A DNA stretch of 64,000 nucleotides from Scenedesmus sp. PABB004 (lineage: Eukaryota): the NCBI GenBank assembly GCA_014905635.1, contig JABVCE010000011.1, positions 744,001-808,000 on the forward strand. The letters are read 5' to 3'. Position 1 is the stretch's first letter; each line of letters begins with the position of its first letter. A program made the translations under genes and the position numbers. The notes under the pieces were generated by a model. That model was not told where the DNA came from. It searched no databases and worked only from the letters and a program-made list of their open reading frames with translations. Shown here piece after piece: positions 13,480 to 25,071 of the stretch.

Positions 13480-16400
13480 ATGGCGCCTGAGCCGCCGCAC
13501 GTGCTGGCGGCCAAGCTGGCCGACCCGGTGCTGCAGTTTGCGGAGCGGCCGAACGTGCAGCGCCCGCCCGCTGGCAAGTTCGCCCGCAAAAGCCGCGTTC
13601 GCGTGTCCCCGGAGGTGCGAAGGCGCTGCTGGGGCGAGCGCGGTGCTTGCAAGCTGCGCCCCAGGCCGCTGCTCTCCGCGCGCCGGCGAGCAGGTGCTTG
13701 GGATGCTGAGGCAGGTGAGCGCCGACCTGGACGCTGCACAGCGGCAGTTCATCGCCTGGCAGACGTGGGGCGAGGCGGGCGAGAGGTGTGGAGGCCGCCG
13801 CGCGCGGCGGCAGCGCTGCGCGCCGCGCGCTGCCGCCCACGCGCGCGCCGCCGCCGCCGCAGCCTGCTGAAGCTGGCGCCAGACCTCGTGGTGCTGCCCC
13901 CCGGTGGCGGTGCCGCTGAGGCCGGCGACGACGCGGGCGAGCGGAGCGGCTCGGGCAGCGGCGGCGACTGGCCGGCCGGCGGTGAGCGGCGGCGGCCGGC
14001 GGCGGCGGACGGCGGCAGCCAGTTGCACCCAGCGCGCCGCCCCGCCGCGCCGACCGCAGGCGCTGGGGGCACATGCCGATGCTGGCGCGGCTGCGTGCGG
14101 CCTCGATGAAGCAGCGCCGGCCGGCGCCGCAGCCTCGGGGCCAGGCGGCGGCGGGGGCGCCCACGGCGGCCGCGCCGGCCAAGCCGCCGGCCGAGGAGGG
14201 CTGGGACGGACTGCCGGACAGCCCCAAGGCCACGTGGGAGCAGGTGCGGATGCGACGCGTTGCGCCGCGCCGCCCGCCCCGGCCGCGCTCGCACCTGACT
14301 GGTGCCGACCTGTGCAGGTGATGCGCGCAAAGAAGCAGGCCCGTGAAGACGGCAGGGCCGCCGCGCTGCGCGTCAAGCACGCCACGCTGGTCATCCAGGC
14401 ACGCCGCGCGCGGCGCAGGGCGCCCAGGGGCGCCGGCTGCCGAGACAAGCAGCGCGCCGCACCGCCGCTGAGCGCCGCGCCGCCGGCCGCGCGGTGTGGT
14501 TGCAGCACGCGTGGCGCTCGCACCTGCAGCGGCGCGCCAGCCGCGCACTGGCGATGATGACGCTGCGCGCCAAGGTGTGAGCGCCGCTGCGCAGCAGGAG
14601 TGCGGGGGCGGCGCCGCGCCCGGCTGCGCCGCGGCCGGCCAGCGACGATGTGTTGCGCCGGCGCAGGTGCGCCGCGTGCAGCGGGCAGTGTATGTGAGCA
14701 ACCTGCTGCGCAAGGGCCCCGGGGCGAAGCCCGCCGGCGCCGTGTCGGGTGAGGCGCGAGCGTTTCACGCAGGCACGCGCGCCGCCCGTTTGCGCCGCGG
14801 CGGCGGCTGCCGCGGCCGCCGATGACGCAGCCGGCGCGGCGCGGCGCCGCCGCGACGCAGCCGACGGCGCAGGCGCGCGCGCCGCGGAGGGCGGCGAGCC
14901 CGCCAGCGAGGACGGCGCGGCGGAGGCGGCCGAGCTGCAGCTGGCGCTGCAGCGCGCGCTCGCTGAGGGCCACCTCAGCATGCTGGACGTTGCACAGCTC
15001 GGCCTGAGCCACCTGGTGGCGGCGACGGCGCCGCGCGCTGCGGCGGCACATGCAGCCGCCAGCCCCCGCGCCGTGGTGAGCGGCGCCGTCGGCGGGATCG
15101 CGCTTGCCCCTGACGGCGCTCACGCCAGCGGCGCCAGCGAGGCGGAGGCCGTGCCCGAGGCCGTCGCCACACCTGACGCCGAGGCAGAGGGTGGCGACAG
15201 CACGGCGGTGCAGGGGGAGGGCTTCAGCTCGGCGCCACTTGCCAGGTCGAAGACCGGGCCCGTGGTCAGGGTGAGCGAGGCTGATTCGCGCCGCGCTGCA
15301 CGGCGCAGGCTGGCGCGGCGCGTCTGACGGGGACCCATCCCCCGCCCACCCACTTCCCGTGCCTGCCCGCGCAGCGCCCGCTGCGCCTGCTGCGCGTCGA
15401 TACCGATGCGCCTGCCGGCAGCAGCTGGCAGGGGACGCTGCGCACGCCCGGCGGCCTCTCCTCGCCGGGCGGGCGGCGCCTGGCCAGGAGCGGCTTCGGC
15501 AGCCCCGCCGGCCGGGGCCCCAGCAGCCCTGGCTGGCCTGGCTCACCGGGAAGCGCGCGCAGCGTTGGCAGCCCTGGCAGCCTCGGCAGCGCCGGCTCGC
15601 CCAGTAGCCGCGGCGCGCCGGGCTCGCCCAAGCGCGCCAGCGGCAGCCGTGCGGCGGCACGCTCTGCCGGCGTGCGCGTGGGGCGCGGCGTGAGCGTCGT
15701 GCTGGCCGCCGCGGACAATGCGGTGCCCATTGCGCACGGCCACGGCGGCGTGTCCGTGCGCGCCAGGAGCGCCGTGCGCCAGGCGCTGCACTCGCACGTC
15801 AGCCGCTTCAGCGCCGCCGCGGCGGCAGCGGCGGCAGCGGCGGCTGCCGACGTGGACGCCGCAGCGACCGGTGAAGCAGGCGGAGCGGGTGGCGTGCTGG
15901 CGGGCGCGTGCGGCGACTGCAGCGTCACAGCTGGAGGGCGTGAGCCGGGCAGCGCTGGCGGCCACAGGCACAGCCGGCCCGGCACGCCCGAGGCAGGCAA
16001 TGGCGTGGCGGCTGGCAGCCATGACGGGCGTGCCAGGGTCAGTGGTCGGAGCAGCAGGGTTGCCTTTGCTTCCAACGCCGGGGCGCCGGCTGAGGCTTGC
16101 CACGCTGGTGCGCCGCCCAGCTGCGCACTGGGTGCGCGCAGCAGCCTGGACGGTAGCAGCACCGCACGCTCAGCGTGCCAGGCGCAGGAGCAGGAGGGCG
16201 CGTGCCTGGCGCCCTCCCAGGAGGCGTGGCTGTGTGGTGCCGGCGACGGCCCGCCAGTCGGCGCGCAGCCTGCGGACGTTGGCGGTGGGCACAGCAGCAG
16301 CGACGTGCCGCTTGGTCACGCCGAGGGGGCCAGCCGCCGCGGCTGCGCTGGCCGCGCGCCCAGGGTCAGCGGCAGTGGGCGCGCCTCAGCCTGCAGCGAC

Positions 16401-16981
16401 AGCGGCGGCGGGGCAGCGGTGGCTGCAGCAGGCAGCGGCGACGGCGACGGCGACGGCGGGGACAGCTGGTCGCGGCGCCCTACGCGGGACGGCGCCTGGC
16501 CCCGGACCAGCAGCCGCGGCGCCACGCCGCCACAGCAGGGAGAGCAGGGCGTCCCTCAGGCCTGCGAGCGGTGCCCCTCGCCTCCGCCTGATGACTGGCG
16601 GCACGAGCCGCGCCAGGGTGGCGGCGCAGGCGGCGGCAGCATTGTGAGCACCGGCGAGGGAGGAGCAGCAGGCGAGCAGGGCAGCAGCGGCCCTGGTGCC
16701 AATGTCAGCCGCAGCAACGCGCAGACCCTGCCAGGACTGTCGCAGAGGTGCGCGGTGGCGGCGGCGGTGGCGCCGGGAGAACAGGCAGCGCAGGCAGGCG
16801 CCGGCCAGCCGCAGCAGGCGTCAGCGCCAGCTTGCGCGTTGGCGGAGCCAGCAGCAGTCGCGCAGCAGTGGTGCGTGGCCACTGTGCCCGACGGCCATCC
16901 TGCGACAGAGGCGCTGCAGCAGCGCCTCCAGCAAGAGCAGAAGCAGGAGTGGCAGCCGCAGCAGGTTGGGCAGCAAGAGCA

Positions 16982-17014
<33 letters not shown>

Positions 17015-18542
17015 ATGGCAGCAGCAGGTGACGCTGCCGCCGGGCGGCGGCAAGCGGCGGGCGCGGGAGGTGCAGCTGGCGGTGGCGGCGCTGGAGCAGC
17101 GCCGGCGCGGCGGCGCAGCGGCGACGGCGGCGGCGGCGGCCTCCGGCCTGCTGCCGGGTGCGATGCGGGGCCTCGCCCTGGGCCAGGCGGGCTGGACGCA
17201 GCTGCAGCCCGGCGTTGCGCGCGCGGACCGCTGGTACGAGCTGGTCAGGCAGCGAGCAGCCGGCCATCGCCCTCCGGCCGCCGGCACCGCGGGGGTCGCA
17301 GGCACGGACTGCGCCGCCGCGCAGGGCCCCGACGGCGCGCCGCGCGGCCCCGCGGGGCTTTGGGGCCGGCGGGGCACAGTGCACGACGCCTGGCTGTTCG
17401 TGGACTGCCGCGCCGCAGCGGCGCTGCCGTGGCAGGCGCTCGCGGCCGCGGCGAGCGCCGGCAGCGCCGCGGCGGGCAACGGTGCGTCTGCGTGCGACGC
17501 CGCGCTGGCGGCAGCGGCTGGGCTCATGGAGCAGCCCGGCAGCCTGACGCAGCTGTCCCTGCAGGGCCGGCGGCTTGCGACGCGGGTGCTGTGGCTGAAG
17601 TCGGCGGCTGGCGTGCTGCGCGGTTTGGGGCGCGGCGCAAACGGCCTTGCCCTCGAGCGCCGGCTGCTGCGGCTGGTGCGGCAGACGGGGGGCCCTGCCG
17701 GCGCGCAGCTGCTGCTGTGGTCGCTGCAGCAGCCTAAAGGGGGTGTGCAGGAGCTGGCGCAGCAGCAGCAGGAGCAGCAGCTTGAGCTGGGCGTGCGGCA
17801 CGGAGCGCCGCCGGGGAGCGGCGAGGCGGCGGCCAGCGAGCCCTGGCCGCAGGGCGAGCTGCTCGGGGGCCACCTGCCCCTGATGCCGCGCGCGCGCCCG
17901 CGGGCGCTGCAGAGCAAGGTGCAGCCGGCGCCGTCGCTCGTGCAGCAGCTGCGCGAGTGGGCGGAGCTGGGTGCGCCGCCCCGCCAGCCCGAGGCGGCAG
18001 CGACGGCGGCGGGCGCGCCGCCCATGTGCAGCAGGCTGGCGCTGGCACCGCGGCGGCGCACGACGGCCGTCGACGGCGCCGGCCCGCCGACAACCATGGC
18101 CGGCGGCGCGGACGGTCTGCCGCAGCTGGCGCTGCGCGGGCCGCACGCGGGGGCCCTCTGGCAGCCACCGCGGCCAGGCTGCCTGGCTGTGCACCCGGCA
18201 GCGCGCCCGCAGCAGCCTGTCGGGACCAGCACGGCAGCAAGCGGGGGACCGGCAAGCTGGAGCGGCGGCGGCTGGGACCACCACGCTGGCGGTGCACCGC
18301 AGCGGCGGCAGACCGACGGCGGCGGCTGGATCGCCCAGTCGCGCGCGCCGACTGCCGGCGCGGGCTGGCTGGGCGCAGAGCGTGGCGCCGCGCCCGCCGC
18401 ACGGCCGCAGCTGCCCCGGCTCGCCGCCCTGTGCGCCGCCCCGGCCGCGATCGGCGCCGTGCAGCAGGCGCCGCCAGGCGCGCAGCTGCCAGCGCTGATT
18501 GCGCGCGCGGCTGGCAGGCCCGGGCGCGGGCGCGCGCCATGA
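13480..18542 (+). CDS. Uncharacterised large IQ-motif protein (paralogue A) with long low-complexity C-terminus
   Basis: ATG 13480; exons ...KFARKSRVRVSPE | VLGMLRQVSADLDAAQRQF...ER | RWGHMPMLARLRAA...WEQ | VMRAKKQ...LVIQ | HAWRSH (IQxxWR). The join to ORF 15672-18542 is not fully resolved. Confidence 0.55.
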
Positions 18543-18793
18543 TGCCAAGCAGCTGGCGTGTTTGTTGCACTGCAAAATGGGCTGCAGCCGCGGCGCAGCT
18601 CAGTAACCAACCGTCCAACGTTTTCCCCAGTGCTGGCCAGTTTGTCGTCGGCCAGCCCGGAGCTGATGGAACAAACACAATGGCACCCAGCGCACATCGT
18701 TCCGCGCGCGCCGCCACAGCAGGCGTGTCTCGACCGCCCCTCGCCCCTCCCCGCATGCAACGCACACACAGACGCCCGCCCTGCGCGCCGCGA

Positions 18794-21553
18794 TCACAGC
18801 GCGTCGGGCGGGCGTGCGCCGACCAGCGCGGGCAGCAGCGCTTGCGCACCGGACCTGGCGCCGCCCTGCGCCGCGCCGGGCGGCGGCTGCTTCCCCGGCG
18901 CCCCTCGCGCGCTGGCCGCGACCGCCGCGCCTTGGCCTGCTGTGAAGGAGGAGGCCCGCAGGCAGGAGCGCCCCGCCCCACACGCGGCGTCGGGCCCGCT
19001 GAGCTGCGCGCTGGTGCTGCGGCCGGCGCCGGCGAGCGGGGCGGTGCCGCCGCCCGCAGCAGCCGCCGCGCTGCCGTCGACCTGGTGTGCCACGCAGCCC
19101 CTGCAGGCGCCGTCGTCCACGCTCTGCGACAGGCGCGCGGCGCGCCGCGCGAGCGCAAGCCGCTGCTCCAGGCTGGACAGCCGCGCCGGCGAGGCCGCGC
19201 CCGGCTGAGCAGCGGGCGCGTGCCGCTCCTCTGCTGGCCGCTCGGCGGCCTCTGTGGCAGCCGGCTGGAGGCCCCCGCCCGCCTGCGGGCTCAGCGCCAT
19301 CGCCGCCAAGACCGCCAGCCCCGCGCCTCGGATGCCCCTGACAGGGCCGCTGCCGGCGGGTCCGTCGCCGCTGGCCGCTGCCGACGGCGGCGCAATCGCG
19401 CGCAGGCCGGGCGACTTGCCGCTGCACCGGGGCGTCGCATGCAGCGAGCGCGGCCTGCCCGGCGAGCGCTCGCCAAGGTGCGGGCTGGCAGGCGGCGTCG
19501 GCACCTTAGCGGGGGCGGCCATGGCGCCGTCCTGCCCCGCAGCCGGCCCTCGCACGACCAGCGACGCCGGCGGCTGCCCGCTGGTCGGCGTCGCGCCGCG
19601 TGGCTGCCGCGTCTGCCGCTGCTGCTCCTGCTGCCCCTGCAGCTCCAGCTGTCCCTGCAGCTCCTGCGCCTGCTCCGGCTGATGCTGCAGCTGCCCCTGG
19701 ATCCGAGCCGCACTCACTGCGGCATCTGGAGCAGCGACACCCGCGAGCAGACCGCCGGCAAAGCTCAGCTCAGCGGCTCCGCGGCGCGGCGGCTCAGCGC
19801 CGGCGGCGGCCCTCGGCTTCGTGGCCAGCACCACTACTGGCACGCCGCCGGCCAACGACAGCGGCGGGTCTTCTGCGGACGTGCTCTGCTCATTGGCAGG
19901 CTCCGCCTCGGCGCCGTTTGAGCTGGCCGTCGCGCACTGGTCACTGGCGGGCCAGCTCTCCGCACCGCCGAGCAGCCAGCCGTCCCCGGGCTGCTCGGCG
20001 GCACCGCCGTGCCCGGCATGCGCCGCGCCGCCCGCGAGGCTGCCGCCGCGGCTGCCCGAGAGCGAGCCGCGCAGGTGCGCGGCAGCCTCGTGCATGAAGC
20101 CGCTGATGCTGCTGAGCACGCGGTGCCCCAGCCCCGCCAGCGCGCCCGCGGCAGACGAGGCGCGGCTGCGACCCGGCACCGCGGCGCGCTGCGCGCCCTG
20201 CGAGTCCCGCTCCGCCGCCTCGCCCCCGCGCGGGCTGCTCGGCGCGGCCGCCGCCGCTGGCCGCTCGCCCGGCGCCGCGGCGCTGCCGCACGTCGAGTGC
20301 CAGGGCGCGGCGGCAGGTGGCGGGCCGCCGCGCGGCGTGCGGCCGGTGGGCGGGCCGCCGTCGCCCGCCACGGCGGTGGCCTTGGCCCTGGCGGCGTCGC
20401 GCGCGATGCTCTTGCGGCCCACCATGCGGCTGAAGGGCTGCGGCTTTGCGCGGCGTGGCAGCTCCACCGGTGCCGCCTCGGCGGCGGGCGCAGCTGCCTC
20501 GCCGTGCGCCGCCGACGCCGCTGTGGAGCGACGCGAGCCTGCCTCGTGCGCCAGCGCGGCTGCCAGCTTGTCCGAGTCCACTCTGGCGGGCTCGCCGGGC
20601 TGCTGGCGTGGCGTGACGGGCAGAGACGCCATCAGCGCGTCGAGCTGCAGCCGCGCCGCCGCCTCCATGCGGCGGCGGTGCAGCCGCCAGGCCGCCTGGA
20701 TCGCCCTCGCTGCTGCGTCGCGCGGGTCGTCGGCCGGGCGTGTCGCGCGGCGCTGCGCGCGCTTCTCCTGCAGCACCTCGCGCCACCCGGCGCCGCCGCC
20801 CTCGTCGGCGAGCTCCCAGGCGTTGTGCGCGGCGCGCGTGGCCGCGTCCAGGCTCAGCCCCGGCTGCGCCGGCCGCGGCGACGCCTGGGGACTGAGCCGC
20901 ACGGCCGCCGCCGGCGGCGCGGCGCGCAGCCGGGCCAGCAGCTGAAACCTGCCCCAGTCCTCCAGCGCCGTCGGCACCAGCGCCGGGGCCCGCCGGCCTG
21001 AGCCACCGAGGCCGCCGAGCGCAGCACCGCTGTCGGGCGGCGCGAGAGCGCTCGGCGCGGCGGGCGGCGGCCCTTGGCTGCGGCGGCGGCGGCGGCAGCA
21101 GCAGCATCGGTGACAGTGGGACCGGCCGGGCAGGGCAGCGCTGCAGCCACTGCGACGCCAAGCGGCAGCGCAGACGCGCCGCGCCGCGCGCCTCGCCGCA
21201 CCTCGGCAGCAGAGTGCCCTCGCGGAAGCTCGCCTGGGCCGCGCGGAGCTTGGACGAGGCGCCGTGCAGCATGTCGAGCACCTGGGGCGCAGGGGCAGCA
21301 GCGCAAGCGCCGGCGCTGTGCGCGGCGAGCAGCGGCGGGCCGGCGGCAGCGCCGGCGGCCCCGCTTTCCCCCTGGCGCCGCCACGCCAACGGTCGTGAAA
21401 AGGGCGGCCCACCTCCCGCGTGACGGCGATGCGCGGCGCGGCGGTCTCGCTGAACTTTGCGCAAGCGCCGTCCGCCGCACCCAACTCAACGCTCGCGCGC
21501 AGCACGCGCCCCTCCAGCTGCGCGTGCAGCGTCCGCCTGGCGTCGGGCTGCAT
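18794..21553 (-). CDS. Uncharacterised IQ-motif protein (paralogue B)
   Basis: ATG 21553; exons ...KFSETAAPRIAVTRE | VLDMLHGASSKLRAAQASF...LP | ...DWGRFQLLARLRAA...WREVLQEKRAQ...AIQAAWRLH; long open frame to TGA 18794. Confidence 0.6.
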   Translation of the reverse strand: MQPDARRTLHAQLEGRVLRASVELGAADGACAKFSETAAPRIAVTREVGRPFHDRWRGGARGKAGPPALPPARRCSPRTAPALALLPLRPRCSTCCTAPRPSSARPRRASARALCCRGAARRAARRVCAAAWRRSGCSAALPGRSHCHRCCCCRRRRRSQGPPPAAPSALAPPDSGAALGGLGGSGRRAPALVPTALEDWGRFQLLARLRAAPPAAAVRLSPQASPRPAQPGLSLDAATRAAHNAWELADEGGGAGWREVLQEKRAQRRATRPADDPRDAAARAIQAAWRLHRRRMEAAARLQLDALMASLPVTPRQQPGEPARVDSDKLAAALAHEAGSRRSTAASAAHGEAAAPAAEAAPVELPRRAKPQPFSRMVGRKSIARDAARAKATAVAGDGGPPTGRTPRGGPPPAAAPWHSTCGSAAAPGERPAAAAAPSSPRGGEAAERDSQGAQRAAVPGRSRASSAAGALAGLGHRVLSSISGFMHEAAAHLRGSLSGSRGGSLAGGAAHAGHGGAAEQPGDGWLLGGAESWPASDQCATASSNGAEAEPANEQSTSAEDPPLSLAGGVPVVVLATKPRAAAGAEPPRRGAAELSFAGGLLAGVAAPDAAVSAARIQGQLQHQPEQAQELQGQLELQGQQEQQRQTRQPRGATPTSGQPPASLVVRGPAAGQDGAMAAPAKVPTPPASPHLGERSPGRPRSLHATPRCSGKSPGLRAIAPPSAAASGDGPAGSGPVRGIRGAGLAVLAAMALSPQAGGGLQPAATEAAERPAEERHAPAAQPGAASPARLSSLEQRLALARRAARLSQSVDDGACRGCVAHQVDGSAAAAAGGGTAPLAGAGRSTSAQLSGPDAACGAGRSCLRASSFTAGQGAAVAASARGAPGKQPPPGAAQGGARSGAQALLPALVGARPPDAL

Positions 21554-21975
21554 GGCCGCCGCAGCCCGCGCAGACGCGGCGGGCAGCGCGGCGCGCGGCG
21601 GCCTCCGCTTGACCGGCCTGGGTCGCGCGGATTGCGGCGCAGGCGGGGGCTAGGCGCGCCTGGCTGGACTGGCACGGGGCGCAGCGTTGCGCGTGGGCGA
21701 AGCGGAGGGACGCCGTTACAGGCCCGCCGCAAACGCGGCGCCCACGCGCACCTGGGAGGCCTGGCCAACGCTCGCGCACACGCCACCGCGGTGCGCCCGC
21801 CCCTGCCGCTGCAGGGCCGCGCCACCACCGCCACCGGCTCGCTGCGCTGCCCCACCGAGCCAGCTCTGCGCGCACGCACCTCGGCTGCTGCCCGCGCCCG
21901 CCGGCCGCCGCCGGCAGCCGCTGCTGCCGCGGGCGCCCCGCGAGCACTGACGCCGCCGCTGCTGCCGCTGCCGCG

Positions 21976-24656
21976 TCAGTAGTCTCGGTCGTGCCGCCGC
22001 CGGTCGTCGTCCGTGCGGCCGCGCTTGTAGTCCCTGCCGGGCGGCGGCGGCGGCGCGTGCGTCGGACCGCGCCGCGCGGGAGACTCTGGCTGGGCTGTGT
22101 GCGCCGCGAGCGCCGGCGCGCACCTGCCCGGCGACGCGTCGCGCGGCCGCTTCTCCCGATCGTACCTGTCCCGGTCCCTGCGGCGCAGCGGCAGCAGCGG
22201 CAGCGGCGCGGGCGTCCCGGGCGTCCCAAGCTGCGCAACAAGCGCTCGCAACGCGCGCGCCCCCGCCGCGCCGCCGCACGCACCTGCTGCTGCCGCGGTC
22301 GCGGTCGCGGTCCCTGCTGTCGTAGCCGCCGCTGCGGCTGGCGCTGTAGTCGCGCGGCGGCGGGCGGTCGTAGTCGCGCGGCGGCGGCCGGTCGTAGCCG
22401 CCGCTGCCGCGCGGCGGGCCGCGGTCGAAGTCGCGCGGCGGCGGCCGGTCGTAGCCGCCGCCGCCGCCGCGCCCGCCGCCGTAGCCGCCGCCGCCGCCGC
22501 CACCGTAGCCGCCGCCGCCGCCGCCCATCGGCGGGCCGCGGTCGAAGGTGCTCACCGGACGCCTGGCGCAGGCGGCGATGGCAGGATGACGATCCGCGGG
22601 ACATGCCAGACGGGCAGCAGCACACAGGCGGGCGGCCGTGAGCGTGCGCGAGCGAGCACGGGCCAGCGAGCACGGCCCTCCCCCGGTGGCGGCTGCCGCT
22701 GCCCACTGCGCGCAGCCATGCGGGCGGGGGAGCCGCGCGCGCCGCGAGCGGCATGCGCGCGCCGCCCCCGCCGCCCGCCGCTGGAGGGGGCGGTGCTCAC
22801 GCTCGGCTGTGGTCGGGGCCGCCGCCAACTCACAACACGCACTCACCCATGCACTTACCCAACCCCCAGGTGAGGTGGGGTGCGTGGGTGGGGTGCGTGG
22901 GTTGGCGGACGCCGCGTGCGGCGTGCAGCATGCAGGCACGTGTGCTGCGCCCTGCCACCGCTGGCTTACCCGGCCAGCACTGCCGCTCGCTGACGCGTCT
23001 GCCCGCTGCCGATTGTGGCGTGCCCGGCGCAGCGCGCAGCGCGCAGCGCGCGGGCGCAGCCGCCACCCCGCCCCGCCCGGCCTGTGCACACGCGCGGCGC
23101 CCGCAGCAGCAGCCCAGCCTCGCCGCGCACCTCGCTGCCGCGCCGCCGACGTCCAGACGAACGCCCCGCGCCGCCGCGTCCGCCAGCAGCACCTTGCGCT
23201 TCTCCTTGGCCGCGCGGCTGTCGCCGCCGAGGCCGCCGCCCAGCCGCATCGGCCGCCTGCGCGCGCGGGGCCGCGCGCACGTGAGGCGTGCCGCGCGCGG
23301 TGGGCGCCCCCGCGGGCCGCGCTGGGCAGCGCCGCCGCCGCGGTCCGCGCCGGGGCCGCGCGCCGGGGCAGCGCGCCGGCGCGCACCAGTTTTCGACGGT
23401 GCGCCCGCGCTCGACGTCGACGAGGATGCGGCGGCCCTCGATCTTGCGGCCGTCGCTGTTCTTGTAGGCCTCCTTCATGTCCTTCTTGTGCTCGTACTCA
23501 ATGAACGCGTAGCCGCGCGGCTTGTCTGGCGGTGTGTCGCGCCAGAGGCGGCACGCGGCGGCGCGGCAGGGCGGCGCGGCGGCGCGGCGCGCGCGGCAGG
23601 GCGGCGCGGCAGGGCGGCACGTGGGCGCGCGCGGGCCGGGAGGGCGGCGGGCGGGCGCGGCCGCACAACCGGCGCGCGCGGCCGCGGCGGCGGCGGCGCA
23701 CCCGTGTTGCGGTCGTGCACGAGGCGGATGCGGGCGATGGGGCCGTACTCCTCAAACTCGTGCCGCAGCTTGCGCTCTGTGACCTCGTAGCTCAGGCGCG
23801 CGACAAAGAGCGTCTTGTAGGGGTCACCCTGCAGGCAGCGGTCCCCGGAAGAGGGGGGTGACACAGCGCCGGCACGGGGCGGGCGGCGCGGGGTGACGCC
23901 CCCCCGCCGCTCCCGCTCGCCGCTGCCGCTCCTGCCCGCCGCTGCCGTCGCCGCTCCTGCTCGCCGCTGCTGGCGCCGCCGCTGCTGCTTTGCCGCCGCT
24001 GCCGCTCCAGCTTGCCGCCGCTGCCGCCGCCGCCGCTGCTGCTGGCGCCCCGGTGCGCCGTGCGCGGCGCACCTCGATCATGGGGTCGTCGTCGTTGGGG
24101 TTGAACGTGGCCGCCTTGTCCTCGTTCTCCGCCTTGGCCTTGTCCACGCGCCACTTGCGCAGCCGCTCCTCCCTGCGCGGCACACCCGGCGCGGCGTCGG
24201 CGCGGCGCTGCTGCGCTGCTGCCGCTGCCGCCGCTGCCGCTGCGGCGCCGGCGCGCGCCCGCCCGCGGCGCGGCCGCGCCCGACGCCTGCCCAGCGCGGC
24301 GGCACGCACTTCTCGAGGCGCGTCTCGGCGTCGAGGCGCACTTGCAGCGCGTACTCCTTGTTCTTGAACAGCCGCTGCTCCGGCAGCCCCGCCGCCGGCG
24401 CCGGCTCGTACTCGGCGTCGCCCGGCGACGCAAAGTCCTTGACGAAGGCCGCGATGCCGGTGTAGGGGAGCTTGTAGGGCTTGCGGGGCTTGCAGTTCTC
24501 CGCGATGTGGTCGAGCGGCGGCCCCGGCGCGAAGAGGCGCACCAGGCGGTCCGGCAGGCCCGTCGGGTGGCCCGTGCGCACGCTCTCCTTCATCATCTTG
24601 GTCATCACCGACCGCGAGGGCCGGCGCCAGTCCGCCATGGGCGGGGGCGCGGCCAT
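21976..24656 (-). CDS. SNRNP70: U1 snRNP 70 kDa protein
   Basis: [21 protein letters not shown]-terminus; [18 protein letters not shown]1 [41 protein letters not shown]-rich tail; stop 21976. Confidence 0.95.
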
Positions 24657-25071
24657 CCTGCCGGCGCGGGGCCTCCAGGCCCCGGGCGGGGCTGGGAGGG
24701 CCGCAGGGAGGGCGCCCTGGCGTTCACTGCCCGGACGGCGGCGGCGCGGGGCGCGGCGGCCCCGGTGCTGGCCGGGCGAGGAAGGATCGGCCTGGGCAGC
24801 AGCAGCAGGCCGGGGGGCTGGTCCTGTCTGGCGGGGGGCGCGGGCGGGGCCGTGAGGCGGTGCGGCAGTCCGGCGGGGAGCGTCGCGAGCAGGGCGCATC
24901 ATGGCGGGGCGGCGCGCCGGCGCGGCGCGGTGTTCAGGGCGCTGCCGTCACGCGCGGGAGCGGGGGGCGCGCGCCGGCGGCTCCGGGACCGGGTTGCACC
25001 GGCCGCCGGCGCCGTGGTTGGCGCCGCCGCCGTGGTCGGCGGTGAACGGCGGCCGGGCGACTGGGCAGCGC

